A stretch of DNA of 64,000 nucleotides from the NCBI GenBank assembly GCA_021818905.1, contig JAKASS010000003.1, positions 10,445 through 74,444 of the forward strand, read 5' to 3'. Position 1 is the first letter of the stretch. Each line of letters starts with the position of its first letter. The stretch is from Nanobdellota archaeon. GTDB lineage: Archaea; Nanobdellota; Nanobdellia; Parvarchaeales; Parvarchaeaceae. Below are positions 28,469 to 38,660 of the stretch, piece after piece. A program made the translations under genes and the position numbers. Below the pieces are notes generated by a model. The model was not told the DNA's origin and ran no database searches. It was given only the letters and a program-made list of their open reading frames with translations.

Positions 28469-29101
28469 TTGATTCTGATAAAATCTATGGACTCAGTAAA
28501 GACAGGTACTACGACGTTGGGCTTGATATACAAAGACGGAGTCGTCTTAGCCGCAGATAGAAGGGTTTCCGCCGGGAACTTGGTTTTTGGACACTACGAG
28601 AAAATCGCCAAACTAAGTCCTAGCATGGGTATAACTATGGCGGGCTCGGTGGCTGATGTGCAGACCCTCATAAAGATAATGCAGTCAGAAATAGCGCTTT
28701 ATGAGATCCGTTCTGGAAATAGGATGACTACAAAGGCCGCGGTCGGATTATTTGCTACCATACTTTTTAATAACAGGTTCTCGCTCATAGGCAGCGGCTT
28801 CATAGTCGGCGGCTATGACACAAAACCAGAAATTTTCAGTTTAGAGACTGCGGGTTCTAAATTACCGGATAAGTATGCATCTATAGGAAGCGGAAGCGTT
28901 GTCGCTCTTGGTGTATTAGAGGCCGAATACAAAGACGACATGCAAGAAGATGATGCGATAAAACTTGCCCACAGGTCGATTTCTACAGCGATAAAAAGAG
29001 ACGTTTATACAGGCGATGGCGTCGATATAGTATTAGTAGACAAAAAAGGTTACAGGAAATTATCCGATGCCGAAGTAAGCAGAGCCCTTGCTTCTAAGTA
29101 A
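28469..29101 (+). CDS. psmB: Proteasome beta subunit
   Basis: A propeptide is followed by TTTLGLIYKDGVVLAADRR (Thr1 active site). Confidence 0.9.
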   Translation: MILIKSMDSVKTGTTTLGLIYKDGVVLAADRRVSAGNLVFGHYEKIAKLSPSMGITMAGSVADVQTLIKIMQSEIALYEIRSGNRMTTKAAVGLFATILFNNRFSLIGSGFIVGGYDTKPEIFSLETAGSKLPDKYASIGSGSVVALGVLEAEYKDDMQEDDAIKLAHRSISTAIKRDVYTGDGVDIVLVDKKGYRKLSDAEVSRALASK

Positions 29102-29135
29102 GTTAAATCCTAATCAGTTATTTTTAGTGCGTTTT

Positions 29136-31025
29136 ATGGAGATTAAAAAAGACATAATCGAACTTATCGGAGATGCCGCGCTTGTCGAAGACATAAACTT
29201 CGAAGTATCAAACATAATAGTATACACTAAAAATAGGAAATTCTTTCTAGGCTGCTCTGACTTGATAAAGACCATGGTAAGCAAAGAGAAAAAACGCATA
29301 GAGGTGCGGCTCGACCCATCGCTTTTGATGGATGAAAAGGAAGCTGAGAATGCTATAAAGAAAATAGTCCCTAAAGAAGCCGAACTAAAAGAGATCTGGT
29401 TCGATAAAGAAAGGAGCGTTGTTTCTCTAGAAGCCGTTAGACCAGAAATGATAACCAACAATAATAAAAAGGTAATAAATAACATACGCGAAGAGACTGG
29501 CTGGTCTATTTTCCTCAGTAGATATCCTTTGATAAAATCGGACGTACTTAGAGCGATAAGAGAGATGCTTTATTCCAGCTCAAAGTTTAGAACGAAGCTA
29601 CTCAATTCTATAGGAGAAAAAATATACAATTCTAAAGTCGACGTAAACGACAAATATTGGGTGAGGTTGAGCGCGCTTGGCGGATTCAGACACGTTGGCA
29701 GGTCGTGCATGCTCGTGCAGACACCGATAAGCACGATAATGTTGGATTGCGGAATAGACGTAAGCAACTCACGAGAACCTGTGCCAAGGATAGACGCTCC
29801 TGAGTTTGACATATCAAAATTGGACGCCGTAGTAATAACCCACAGCCACTTGGACCACTGCGGCTTTCTACCGACGTTATATAAATACGGTTACAAAGGA
29901 CCGGTCTATTCGACGCTGCCTACAAGGGACGTGATGACCCTGCTTCATCTTGATTACATAGCCTTAGGCAATAAGACGAACTCTAAAGCAATGTTCGCCG
30001 TCGCTGATATAAAAGAGATGCTGAAGTATTCTATACCCCTTTCATACAGAGAAGTAACTGACATCACTCCGGACATAAGGGTTACGTTGCACAATGCCGG
30101 ACACATACTTGGGTCTTCCATGGTACACCTAAACATCGGCAGCGGCTTTTACAACGTACTATATACAGGCGACTTCAAATACGCAAATTCGAAGACTCTG
30201 AATAAGGCGGACAATATCTTTGACAGGGTAGAGGCCTTGATAATGGAAAGCACGTACGGCGGCGACCAGGATCAACAGCCGGTAAGAGAAGACGCAGAAC
30301 AATTCTTCTTAGACATAATAACAAAAACTGTGGAGAAAAAAGGCAAGGTGCTCGTGCCGGTACTTGGTGTCGGCCGTGCGCAGGAACTGATGTTGCTGAT
30401 AGAAGAGTGGGAACGATTCGGTCTTATGCCGGATATCCCTGTTGTAGTAGACGGAATGCTTTGGGACGTCACTGCGATTTATACGGCCTACCCAGAGTTT
30501 ATGAACACCGAGACGAAAAAAAGGATAATCGAACACAACAACAATCCATTCATATCTCCCAACTTCAAACACACCGTTAGCGAAGAAGAGAGACAACAGA
30601 TACTTGCTGGTGGGCCTGCGATTATAATCGCCACGTCCGGGATGTTGAACGGCGGCCCGTCTGTAAGTTACTTTGCAAACCTGTGCGAAGACGAAAGGAA
30701 TTCCGTCGTGCTAGTATCATACCAAGGCGCTGGAACCTTGGGCAGAACACTCCAGAACGGGGGGAGAGAAGTAGACATAGAATTCAACGGGAAGATAAGG
30801 CACTTCACCGTGAATTCGCTCATATATTCTATAGAGGGATTCTCGGGCCATTCGGACAGGAACCAGCTTGAACGATACATAAATGACATAAAACCAAGGC
30901 CTAGAAAGTTGATACTTGACCACGGGGAAGAGAGCAAGATAATCTCACTCGCACACTTCATGAGAAAAAGATTCAAAGTCGAGACCTTAGCACCGCACGT
31001 GCTTGACGCAATCAGATTGAAGTGA
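29136..31025 (+). CDS. aCPSF1 beta-CASP ribonuclease with N-terminal KH domains
   Basis: Metallo-beta-lactamase motif HSHLDHCG, beta-CASP and an RMMBP region. The conserved psmB-aCPSF1 adjacency holds. The start was chosen at MEIKKD. Confidence 0.85.
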   Translation: MEIKKDIIELIGDAALVEDINFEVSNIIVYTKNRKFFLGCSDLIKTMVSKEKKRIEVRLDPSLLMDEKEAENAIKKIVPKEAELKEIWFDKERSVVSLEAVRPEMITNNNKKVINNIREETGWSIFLSRYPLIKSDVLRAIREMLYSSSKFRTKLLNSIGEKIYNSKVDVNDKYWVRLSALGGFRHVGRSCMLVQTPISTIMLDCGIDVSNSREPVPRIDAPEFDISKLDAVVITHSHLDHCGFLPTLYKYGYKGPVYSTLPTRDVMTLLHLDYIALGNKTNSKAMFAVADIKEMLKYSIPLSYREVTDITPDIRVTLHNAGHILGSSMVHLNIGSGFYNVLYTGDFKYANSKTLNKADNIFDRVEALIMESTYGGDQDQQPVREDAEQFFLDIITKTVEKKGKVLVPVLGVGRAQELMLLIEEWERFGLMPDIPVVVDGMLWDVTAIYTAYPEFMNTETKKRIIEHNNNPFISPNFKHTVSEEERQQILAGGPAIIIATSGMLNGGPSVSYFANLCEDERNSVVLVSYQGAGTLGRTLQNGGREVDIEFNGKIRHFTVNSLIYSIEGFSGHSDRNQLERYINDIKPRPRKLILDHGEESKIISLAHFMRKRFKVETLAPHVLDAIRLK

Positions 31026-31127
31026 TCATCTCTAAAATAGGCACATTATCTCTTCATACGCTTTCATATACCATCGAAAGTTTCCGGTTAATTAAAGTTT
31101 TTAATATAGGCTAATTTATGTATAGAC

Positions 31128-31703
31128 ATGAGCGGCAGAAATAAAACGATTGTAGTCGGTCTAAGTTCTTTACCCGGCGGAGGAAAAGATTACATAGCTG
31201 ACATATTAGTCGCCGACTACGGTTTCTACAAAGTTTCTCCTGGAGACATAACGCGTGAACTACTAAGACAAGCCAGCAAGTCTGTAACTATGACGAGAGA
31301 AGTCCAAGAACAACTGACAAAGAACCTGATAAAAAAATACGGCCAAAATTATCTTATGGAGCTTTGCTACAGAAAGATACGAAAATCAAAAAAGCAAAGG
31401 ATAGTTATCCCGGGGCTGAGATATGCATCTGATGTCAACTTTTACAGGGAACATTTTGACGGAGCATTTACCAATATATTCATATACGCATCCAAAAAAA
31501 CTCGTTACTCCAGATTGACAGCTAGGGACAGGGAAGACGCGCCATCTTCATACGCAGAGTTCAACAGGCAAGACGAAGCCCAGGAGAAGCGATACAATCT
31601 GCAAAAAACTAAGGAAGTTTCTGATTACGGGGTGTATAATGACCATAAAAATAAAAGACAGATAAGGTCAGAACTAGAAAAAATATTGGAAAAACTTTCT
31701 TAA
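31128..31703 (+). CDS. P-loop nucleoside/nucleotide kinase-like protein
   Basis: Walker A-like GLSSLPGGGKDY. 191 aa. The kinase subtype is not resolved. Confidence 0.45.
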   Translation: MSGRNKTIVVGLSSLPGGGKDYIADILVADYGFYKVSPGDITRELLRQASKSVTMTREVQEQLTKNLIKKYGQNYLMELCYRKIRKSKKQRIVIPGLRYASDVNFYREHFDGAFTNIFIYASKKTRYSRLTARDREDAPSSYAEFNRQDEAQEKRYNLQKTKEVSDYGVYNDHKNKRQIRSELEKILEKLS

Positions 31704-32392
31704 GACTTGTCTTCTAAGACGGCGTTTTGTATTTCTAGATAACCAGTTTTATCTTTTTCATCCCACATCTTGGCAGAACTTCCGACCTCTATTTTCTTTG
31801 CAAAAATCGGACAATCGATTACAAGGCTTTCATATTCTCCCCCTTCACCTGAAACGTTTATACCAAACTTCTTATTCAGTTTTACCAATTCCGTAACGGC
31901 TGATTCATCGAGCATCCTACCAAGCCAGTCTTTGCCAAGCCCGTCTGCCGCTACTTTGATTATAATAACTTTGAAATTTGATTTTAGTAGTGTTCTTAGA
32001 TATACCTCCTGATTTATTCCCCATATGGGGGCGATGCTCGCTATTCCTAGTTCTTCGCAGATTTTATCTACCCTGGACTTTTGGTACTGACTGGCTATCG
32101 CACCGCTGACTATCCCGTCAAGACCGTATTTTTCTTTCATCTTTTTTAGGAAGGCGGTTAAATCTCCCAGTTCCTTTTCTTTCTCTCCTTTAGTATGAAA
32201 GCGCTCTAGCGGGATTCCTAAAGCCTCTGCTTGTCTATCCAATAGCGCAGAGCCGACGGTATGGAACATGTAAGAATCTTTATTTTCGGAGTCTGCATTT
32301 ATCAGACAGCTTATCTCGTTTTCTTTGGAAGCCAAGAACATTGAATAAGTCGAGTCTTTTCCACCGGTGAACAATACGCCAAGTCTCATCAA
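31700..32392 (-). CDS. Diphthine-ammonia ligase-like PP-loop ATPase (Dph6 / MJ0570 family)
   Basis: VLFTGGKDS PP-loop. 230 aa, matching the N-terminal domain of the diphthamide synthetase family. Confidence 0.65.
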   Translation of the reverse strand: MMRLGVLFTGGKDSTYSMFLASKENEISCLINADSENKDSYMFHTVGSALLDRQAEALGIPLERFHTKGEKEKELGDLTAFLKKMKEKYGLDGIVSGAIASQYQKSRVDKICEELGIASIAPIWGINQEVYLRTLLKSNFKVIIIKVAADGLGKDWLGRMLDESAVTELVKLNKKFGINVSGEGGEYESLVIDCPIFAKKIEVGSSAKMWDEKDKTGYLEIQNAVLEDKS

Positions 32393-32616
32393 TTAAGTCC
32401 AACAGTCGGTCTCGGCAGCTAAACGGCTCGCGGAAGCCATCTTTCTCTTTTTTATGTTCTCAAAGTCGAATATGCCCCACTTTGTATAGACTTTATCAAG
32501 TAACCCCGTTAAATCAACCATAGAAATATTTCTGAGGTTTTTTAGTATATAAGCCTTTCAGGCAAAGATATGCCGGCCAAAAGAAAATTTATAACCGCCA
32601 AAATCATAGACCTTAT

Positions 32617-33276
32617 ATGCGAAATGACATACTACTACCCGACGAAAAAATAATAAATTACAGAAAGCCATCGATTTTAGGAGAATCAAAATTCTGGCTA
32701 GGCTCTATAATATTGGCATTGTCGTTGGTGACTTTTGTAATTTTTTCACTAAGCTACCCGCAGTATAACTCAACCCTTTCCAACCTATACGGCTACTTGC
32801 ACCTAAGTGGTGGTACTTCTCCGCTTAACAGTATACCACTAGTGCCTACCGTTTTGCTAGTCATAGGTTTTTTTTATATATTATACTCGGAATTCGAGGT
32901 CTACTTCAAGGAATTCACGGTAACGAACATGCGCGTGATATTCCAACATGGTATACTTGTAAGAGACGCGAACATAGTCCTGCCGCGCATGGTGTCCGAC
33001 GTAGCAGTCGATGTAAGCATATTAGACAGGATACTTGGGCTTGGAAAAATAATAATAAGGTCGCTTGATACGGGCCGCCCAGATGTCGTGATAAGCGGGA
33101 TAACAGAACCTTACAAATTCCAAGATGACATAATAAAGTTAGTATCAAAAGGACCTTCTACTGATTCATCTACGACTACCGCGTCGCCTCCTCCCTCGCT
33201 ACCGCCCCCGGCGGCAGAAGAAAAAGAAGAGAACGGTAATAAAGAGCAGAACGATGGAACTGGCGAAACTAATTAG
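32617..33276 (+). CDS. Membrane protein with a bacterial-PH (DUF304/YdbT-like) domain
   Basis: Two TM helices are followed by FTVTNMRVIFQHGIL...IIIRS. The tail is Pro/Ser-rich. Confidence 0.5.
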   Translation: MRNDILLPDEKIINYRKPSILGESKFWLGSIILALSLVTFVIFSLSYPQYNSTLSNLYGYLHLSGGTSPLNSIPLVPTVLLVIGFFYILYSEFEVYFKEFTVTNMRVIFQHGILVRDANIVLPRMVSDVAVDVSILDRILGLGKIIIRSLDTGRPDVVISGITEPYKFQDDIIKLVSKGPSTDSSTTTASPPPSLPPPAAEEKEENGNKEQNDGTGETN

Positions 33277-33874
33277 AGCGTCTGGTTTTTTCCTATCAAG
33301 TGCGGTTACTATAAGTTTAGCGATAATGTTTTTTGATATAATCCATTCAACCTTGATATCCCTGTCAGTATTCATTTTTATAATTCCACTATTCGCAGGC
33401 AGCATAATATTGAGGGCTTTTGCTTGGAAAAGGCTGTACGATGTATCAAGAAAAGTCCTTTATTTTATCACGGCGGCGCTCGTTCTCGTGCTCGGATTTG
33501 CACTGCTGATATGGTTCCTGTTGTGGGTTTCGACACAGACGATATTGTACCCGCTTTCTGATTATGCCGGAATGTCCATAGTGATAGGCATGTCGCTGCT
33601 TTGGGCGGCCTATTCTCTTGCAGAATTTGTTTCTGTATATGGCCTTTTCCAAAATAAAATCTACAATCTATCCAAGATGCTCCTTGTCCCGATAATATTG
33701 ATAGAAGCCTCACTAGTTTTCCTTGCAGGAGACTTCAGTTACGCACTGCCAATAGGCCTTCTGATTCTTGCGGCATCTACGGCGATGATAGGGCTTGGAT
33801 TCCTGTTTGATAATCCTAAAATAAATTCTGTAAACTCAAGGGGACCTACTTCCTCAGGTCGATTATATCCATAG
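33254..33874 (+). CDS. Hypothetical polytopic membrane protein
   Basis: 206 aa with about six TM helices. Confidence 0.45.
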   Translation: MELAKLIRASGFFLSSAVTISLAIMFFDIIHSTLISLSVFIFIIPLFAGSIILRAFAWKRLYDVSRKVLYFITAALVLVLGFALLIWFLLWVSTQTILYPLSDYAGMSIVIGMSLLWAAYSLAEFVSVYGLFQNKIYNLSKMLLVPIILIEASLVFLAGDFSYALPIGLLILAASTAMIGLGFLFDNPKINSVNSRGPTSSGRLYP

Positions 33875-34841
33875 CGTCTTCACCAGTGCCTATAAGAGTT
33901 ATCGGGACGTTGATGGAATCTTCCACGGTTTTTAGCCATTTTCTCGCCTCTACCGGCAAATCTTTATATTTTCTTTTTTTGTAAGCATCTTTGAACATGG
34001 CGTCTATTTTTGTTATAGCAACCTGATTCGCCGAATTAACCCTTACTACGTTCCTAGCCAATTCTTTATCAAAGGGGGCAACCCTTCTTTTTCGTCCTGT
34101 CACTGTGCCGTGTTCTTCAAACTCTTTTTTTACAGAATTCTCTTCTACTTCGCCATCCAATGGCCCGCCACCGACCCTAGTTATAAAAGATTTGAATATG
34201 ACAATGACGTTTTCAACGTATCTTGGACCTACGCCGACTTCGCTTAGTACTCCAGAAGAAGTCGTATTTCTGCTTGTGACGTAAGGATATGCACCGTGGT
34301 AGAGACTTATCATGTGTCCTTGCGTACCTTCTGCGATTACTTTTTTGCCTTTCTCTAAAGCGCCCGTGACGATTTCGGGTACATTAGCTAAATATTTAGA
34401 AAGCCCAGGATAAGATTCTGCAAGTTTTAGTTTTCTCAAAACCCTTTTTGCTTCGGCCGTGCCTACGCCCTGCTTTGTACTTCCAACTTTCCCGCTCAAG
34501 AATGGATCGTTTTCTTCTTCTTTCGCCTCTTGATCGGTTATGACCGCGGTATGCGGATCTATTATGACTCTATTTTCAGTACCAGTCTCTTCAATCTCCT
34601 TGAATAGAATCTCTCGTCTTATCAGTGCGCCTGGTGATATGGCCAAAGTAGTTTTCTTATTAACGAAAGCTCCTGGTAGCGTCCTTAACTTGAAAGTCTT
34701 TCCATCAAAAACGACCGTGTGGCCTGCATTCGTACCGCCGGTCCTTACTGCAATAACTGGATCATCTTTCAGGGCCAAGTAGGAAGCTATTTTACCCTTG
34801 CCTTCGTCGCCATAGAAACCGCCGACGAGTATATCTAGCAT
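33846..34841 (-). CDS. purA: Adenylosuccinate synthetase (short archaeal form)
   Basis: GDEGKGK P-loop, GTNAGHTV and the GTP-binding KxD motif. Confidence 0.85.
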   Translation of the reverse strand: MLDILVGGFYGDEGKGKIASYLALKDDPVIAVRTGGTNAGHTVVFDGKTFKLRTLPGAFVNKKTTLAISPGALIRREILFKEIEETGTENRVIIDPHTAVITDQEAKEEENDPFLSGKVGSTKQGVGTAEAKRVLRKLKLAESYPGLSKYLANVPEIVTGALEKGKKVIAEGTQGHMISLYHGAYPYVTSRNTTSSGVLSEVGVGPRYVENVIVIFKSFITRVGGGPLDGEVEENSVKKEFEEHGTVTGRKRRVAPFDKELARNVVRVNSANQVAITKIDAMFKDAYKKRKYKDLPVEARKWLKTVEDSINVPITLIGTGEDAMDIIDLRK

Positions 34842-34921
34842 ATATTTAATCCAAAAATATTATGTTTATCGAAAACATCAACTTTTGTTGCGTCTAGTCT
34901 TTTAGTCATCATAGACAATCA

Positions 34922-35467
34922 CTATAGCTTCGTAGCATCAGAAAGCTTTACCCTCACCCTTTCCGACATATCATTGGTGCTAACATAAGCAAGCACATCG
35001 ATATCTGGGTCATAAAGCTCAACCATATCAAGATCAGTTCGATCCATTATCCTCGCTCCTTTCACCTTCCTTCCGTCTTTTAGAGATTGTTTAAGCGCTG
35101 CGTATTTCTTTGGTTCTAGATAAAAGTCCACATCTCCAACATGATGACGATATGGGTCTGGTCTTCTTATGTAAAGATAAGCGTAAGTCGTTTCTGGCAC
35201 ATCACCACTAGCAGGAATGACTATTGGTTCATATAAGTGGAAGTATTTTTGGTTAAGATTATAAGATGGTTCTGTTAGTGCTTTTCTAAGTTTGATAAGT
35301 GCATCATATTCATTATCGTAGTGGCAAAAAATTCCCATATTCCCTGCGTTTTTAAGATATCGGCCAAATGACTGTTTACAAAGTTTGTGACACTCGAAAT
35401 GAACGTGCTCTATAGCTTTGAACAATTTATCTTTATTAGTTATAGGGCTGAATCTATACAATTTCAT
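34922..35467 (-). CDS. Hypothetical protein
   Basis: 181-aa ORF with no recognizable motif. Confidence 0.4.
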   Translation of the reverse strand: MKLYRFSPITNKDKLFKAIEHVHFECHKLCKQSFGRYLKNAGNMGIFCHYDNEYDALIKLRKALTEPSYNLNQKYFHLYEPIVIPASGDVPETTYAYLYIRRPDPYRHHVGDVDFYLEPKKYAALKQSLKDGRKVKGARIMDRTDLDMVELYDPDIDVLAYVSTNDMSERVRVKLSDATKL

Positions 35468-35613
35468 TTAATCACTTCCTTATTACACTAAATTAGTGCC
35501 ACTACTTCTGATGCGTTGCATCATCATAGAGACAGCTCTAGTCGGAGTCTTGAGAGTTGTTATCACCATACTTAGTTAAACAGAAGGGCCGTTAAATAGG
35601 TTTCCTCGAATGG

Positions 35614-35722
35614 TACGCGTGTGCATAAGTGCTTTATAGAATGGCTGCTTCTGCAAGGATATGACGTCTAATATCGCTAAAATAAAGTCGTATGGTAGTG
35701 GAGGCGACTTTACACAAGCCTG
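35614..35722 (+). repeat. Solo copy of the left end of the IS5-family element (TIR plus about 95 nt of 5' leader), with no transposase
   Basis: About 85-90% identical to 5428-5530 (…gtgcataagtgctttatag…ctgcttctgcaaggatatg.cgtctaatatcgctaaaa…). It lies upstream of the mazE-like gene on the same strand. Confidence 0.6.
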
Positions 35723-35782
35723 GGTGCCTACTTATGAACATTAAGTTTATATAGTGTATTATACATTAACTATATGTAAACT

Positions 35783-36013
35783 ATGGTAAAGGAGATCAGC
35801 ACGATACAGTTAGATAAGTCTGTCATATCGGATTTAAAGAAACTTAAAAGATCGCCCAGGGAGACGTACGTAGAATTGATAAGATACTTGATTACTCTAG
35901 CTAAAAGAGACGACCTAAAGAACCAATACGATGAATTTTTACACAAGACCCAGCAAAAAAAGATGAAAGAATTATGGGACAACAAAGAAGATGAGAAGTG
36001 GGAAAATGTTTGA
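35783..36013 (+). CDS. Putative antitoxin partnered with the MazF-like toxin
   Basis: 76-aa charged protein. Its stop overlaps the toxin start by 23 nt. Confidence 0.5.
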   Translation: MVKEISTIQLDKSVISDLKKLKRSPRETYVELIRYLITLAKRDDLKNQYDEFLHKTQQKKMKELWDNKEDEKWENV

Positions 36014-36320
36014 CCCCGGTGATGTAGTTATAACCGAGGTGCAGTTTACAGATACGTTTGAAATAAAAAGACGCCCCGCACTTGTCCTGTTCGAAGAATT
36101 TGATAATGTAGTGATAGCCGGGATAACCAGTAATACTGGCATGGAAGGAGTCTCTATATCTAAAAAGGACGGTGCTGTCAAGGATAGCGTGATAAAGTTA
36201 AATTATATTTTTACCGTTTCAACAAAAATGATTGAAAGGAAACTTTTCACATTAAACAAAGAGAAAAAGAGATTGGTCTTTCAAGAACTTACAAAACGCT
36301 TGAGCCCGCTTAACAGTTAA
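35991..36320 (+). CDS. mazF: MazF/PemK-family endoribonuclease toxin
   Basis: FDPGDVVITEVQFTDTFEIKRRPALVL... is a PemK-like N-terminal signature. 109 aa. Confidence 0.7.
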   Translation: MRSGKMFDPGDVVITEVQFTDTFEIKRRPALVLFEEFDNVVIAGITSNTGMEGVSISKKDGAVKDSVIKLNYIFTVSTKMIERKLFTLNKEKKRLVFQELTKRLSPLNS

Positions 36321-36327
36321 ATCGCAT

Positions 36328-36372
36328 TCTGTGGAGCAGATTGCCCAAAAATCGCTTTCGGAACTACTGGGA
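36328..36372 (+). repeat. Left copy of a 45-46 nt direct repeat, a candidate att-like boundary
   Basis: tctgtgGagcagattgcccaaaaatcGctttcggaactactggga, compared with the copy at 42705-42750, has 2 mismatches and 1 indel. It is immediately followed by a CTTTCGGA/TCCGAAAG hairpin. Confidence 0.6.
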
Positions 36373-36442
36373 ATCAGTACCTCCGAAAGTGAAAAATAAC
36401 AAACTTCTAACATATAAATAGTATTACCTACATTTAAACAAA

Positions 36443-36712
36443 ATGCAAGGAAAACATAAAAATCATAACTTGGTAAGGTTCGCTTGGCTTCTAATTGGAA
36501 TCGGCGCACTGATAGTTATACTGGATATCATTGGTCCTAGTGGTGGTTGCGCTGTGGGATTGCCGATTTTTCCAATAAATGCGACAAGCACCACAGGTTC
36601 TCAATGTGCGTCTTTAGCGGTAAATTATAATCCATATAATTGGTTTTTAGGTCTTGGGTTTGCGCTCATTATTATTGGTGCTGCAATAGAGATTGTTCTC
36701 TATTACCAATAA
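36443..36712 (+). CDS. Small membrane protein
   Basis: 89 aa with two TM helices. Its stop abuts the end of the IS4-family transposase. Confidence 0.4.
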   Translation: MQGKHKNHNLVRFAWLLIGIGALIVILDIIGPSGGCAVGLPIFPINATSTTGSQCASLAVNYNPYNWFLGLGFALIIIGAAIEIVLYYQ

Positions 36713-36714
36713 AG

Positions 36715-38247
36715 TTATCCGTCTGGATTCTTAGTAGCTAAAAGTCTGATAGAAAACATTCTAGCGGTTATCATCGTCTTAGTCGTCCTTATGCCTAAAA
36801 ATGCCATAATTAGTAGGTCCACCAATATCCAACAGTTGTATAATATTACTGAAAGCATAAAGTAGAAGTATCTTATAATATAGTTTATCGATGTCGTCTT
36901 GCCCCTGAAATTATACTTCTTTACACGATATCCTGTCTCAATCTGCCAACGCCTTCTGTACATATCCGCGATTTTCTGCGCAAAAAGGATGTCCTGCGGA
37001 CCTATGTCGATGTTAGTTGCAAATCCTTGTCTGCCTCGGTCGCCTTCTATGACCGCCAAGTTGAACTTGCAATCTCCCATAACTGCATTTCTTTGTATAA
37101 ATGGCGTGACTCTGGTCTTACTGTTCTTCATTGCATTATTGCTTTCCTTCATCGGCATTATAAACTTTACGTCTAGTTTGTTTAGTCTTCTTATGCACTC
37201 AGACCCTAGAAAACCTCTATCAAGAAGTATTGTACCTATATGGATTCTTTCTTTTGCAAACGACACTAATCTTTCGACTAAATCATTCTAATCGTCTTGT
37301 GGAAAGACTGGCAGGGCGAATAAAGTTAACCTTTGACCATGATTTACTATGTCAATTGTGATGAACTTGAAACACCATTTCGTGCCTCTTTCTGGTTTGG
37401 TGCCGATGATTGCTGGATGTTCGGGATTTCCGTAGAAGAACCAGGGTGTTGCGTCTATTGCTAAATCTAGTTTACGGCCCAGAATCGAGCCGCCTTTCTT
37501 AGCCATTTTGAAGACCATGTCAAACAGATCATAGAATATCCTTTGTATTTCTCCGTAATCGAACTTCTTAAGGTGGTAGAATAGCGTGTCTGCGGATGGC
37601 ATTCTTTTTGACGATGTTTCCGCCAATATCTTTGATCCGCCTTCTGCGAAGTTTTGAGTTGCTGCGATGTTTATAAGCAAACCAAGAAAATCATCTTCTT
37701 TAAAGACGGAGTTTTGCTTAATGTTAAAACTTAGTTTTTGTCTGAGTTTTGTCCTGACTAACCTGAGTAGTTCTTTTTCCTTAACATTCTTGTTTTGTAT
37801 TACGGAGTTCTCTTTGCGCAGTTCCTTTGACTTATTTTCTAAAGAAACGTCATCGAATATGATGTTAAATTTATTTGTAAGTTCTTTTATTATTGCTATA
37901 ACTTGATTAGCTAACTCTAAGATTTCTGGGTTTAGTGTAAAAATAAAGTGTGAAAAATCTCGTCGCATTGGTAAAATTACTTTATCGGCATCTTTGTCGA
38001 AACCAATGTTTATTGCATCTTCAAGATGACCATTTAGATAAACTATCAGTTTTCTCTGCGACTTAATCCCTTTAATTATCATAAAAATGTAAGCTTTGAT
38101 CAGCGAATCGGAAGAATATTTTCGCTTTGAGGATATTTTCGGTAATAAGTCAATTTGTTTTAAAATGTCGGATAACAGAAACATTTTGGATTTGGAACTA
38201 ACAAAAATCGAACGAATTTTACGCATTAACTCGTTATTTTCTTTCAT
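36715..38247 (-). mobile_element. IS4/ISH3-family transposase gene split by a frameshift at about 37266-37288 (pseudogene or programmed frameshift)
   Basis: The N-terminal ORF (37288-38247) carries LAIDATPWFF (first D). The C-terminal ORF (36715-37266) carries LLDRGF (second D) and the RWQIETGYR E-motif. The two frames are adjacent. Confidence 0.65.
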
Positions 38248-38333
38248 ACAAGTGATTTACTTACAAGTCATTCACTTATATTATAAAAACGAAAAATATA
38301 TAAGCTTTTCGCTTGTAAGTTAATAAGTGTGAT

Positions 38334-38591
38334 ATGGTGAAGTATATCCCAAAATGGTTAATAAAACGTCTAAGTAAATTATGGGCAGCGTATAAAGAAA
38401 AGGAATTTACTTTTGAGGAGGCAACAAAGGCGCTGCCTGAAGACGACCCTAGAAACTTAGCTATGGTGCTTTCTGACTTAAATAAAAGTGGGTGGATAGA
38501 AACCAAACAAGATCCAAAAAATAAGAGGAAGACCCTTTACAAAATAAAGCAAGGTTCTATCGTAAATGAGCTTATAAAAATAGAGCTTTAA
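38334..38591 (+). CDS. Small winged-helix-like protein (possible regulator of the downstream helicase-nuclease)
   Basis: 85 aa. It lies 69 nt upstream of the 958-aa gene on the same strand. Confidence 0.4.
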   Translation: MVKYIPKWLIKRLSKLWAAYKEKEFTFEEATKALPEDDPRNLAMVLSDLNKSGWIETKQDPKNKRKTLYKIKQGSIVNELIKIEL

Positions 38592-38660
38592 TTATCGTTT
38601 TAAAGCAGATGAAATTTGAAACTAAAATTAGTATTATATTAGCTTTAACTTAAGTAACTT

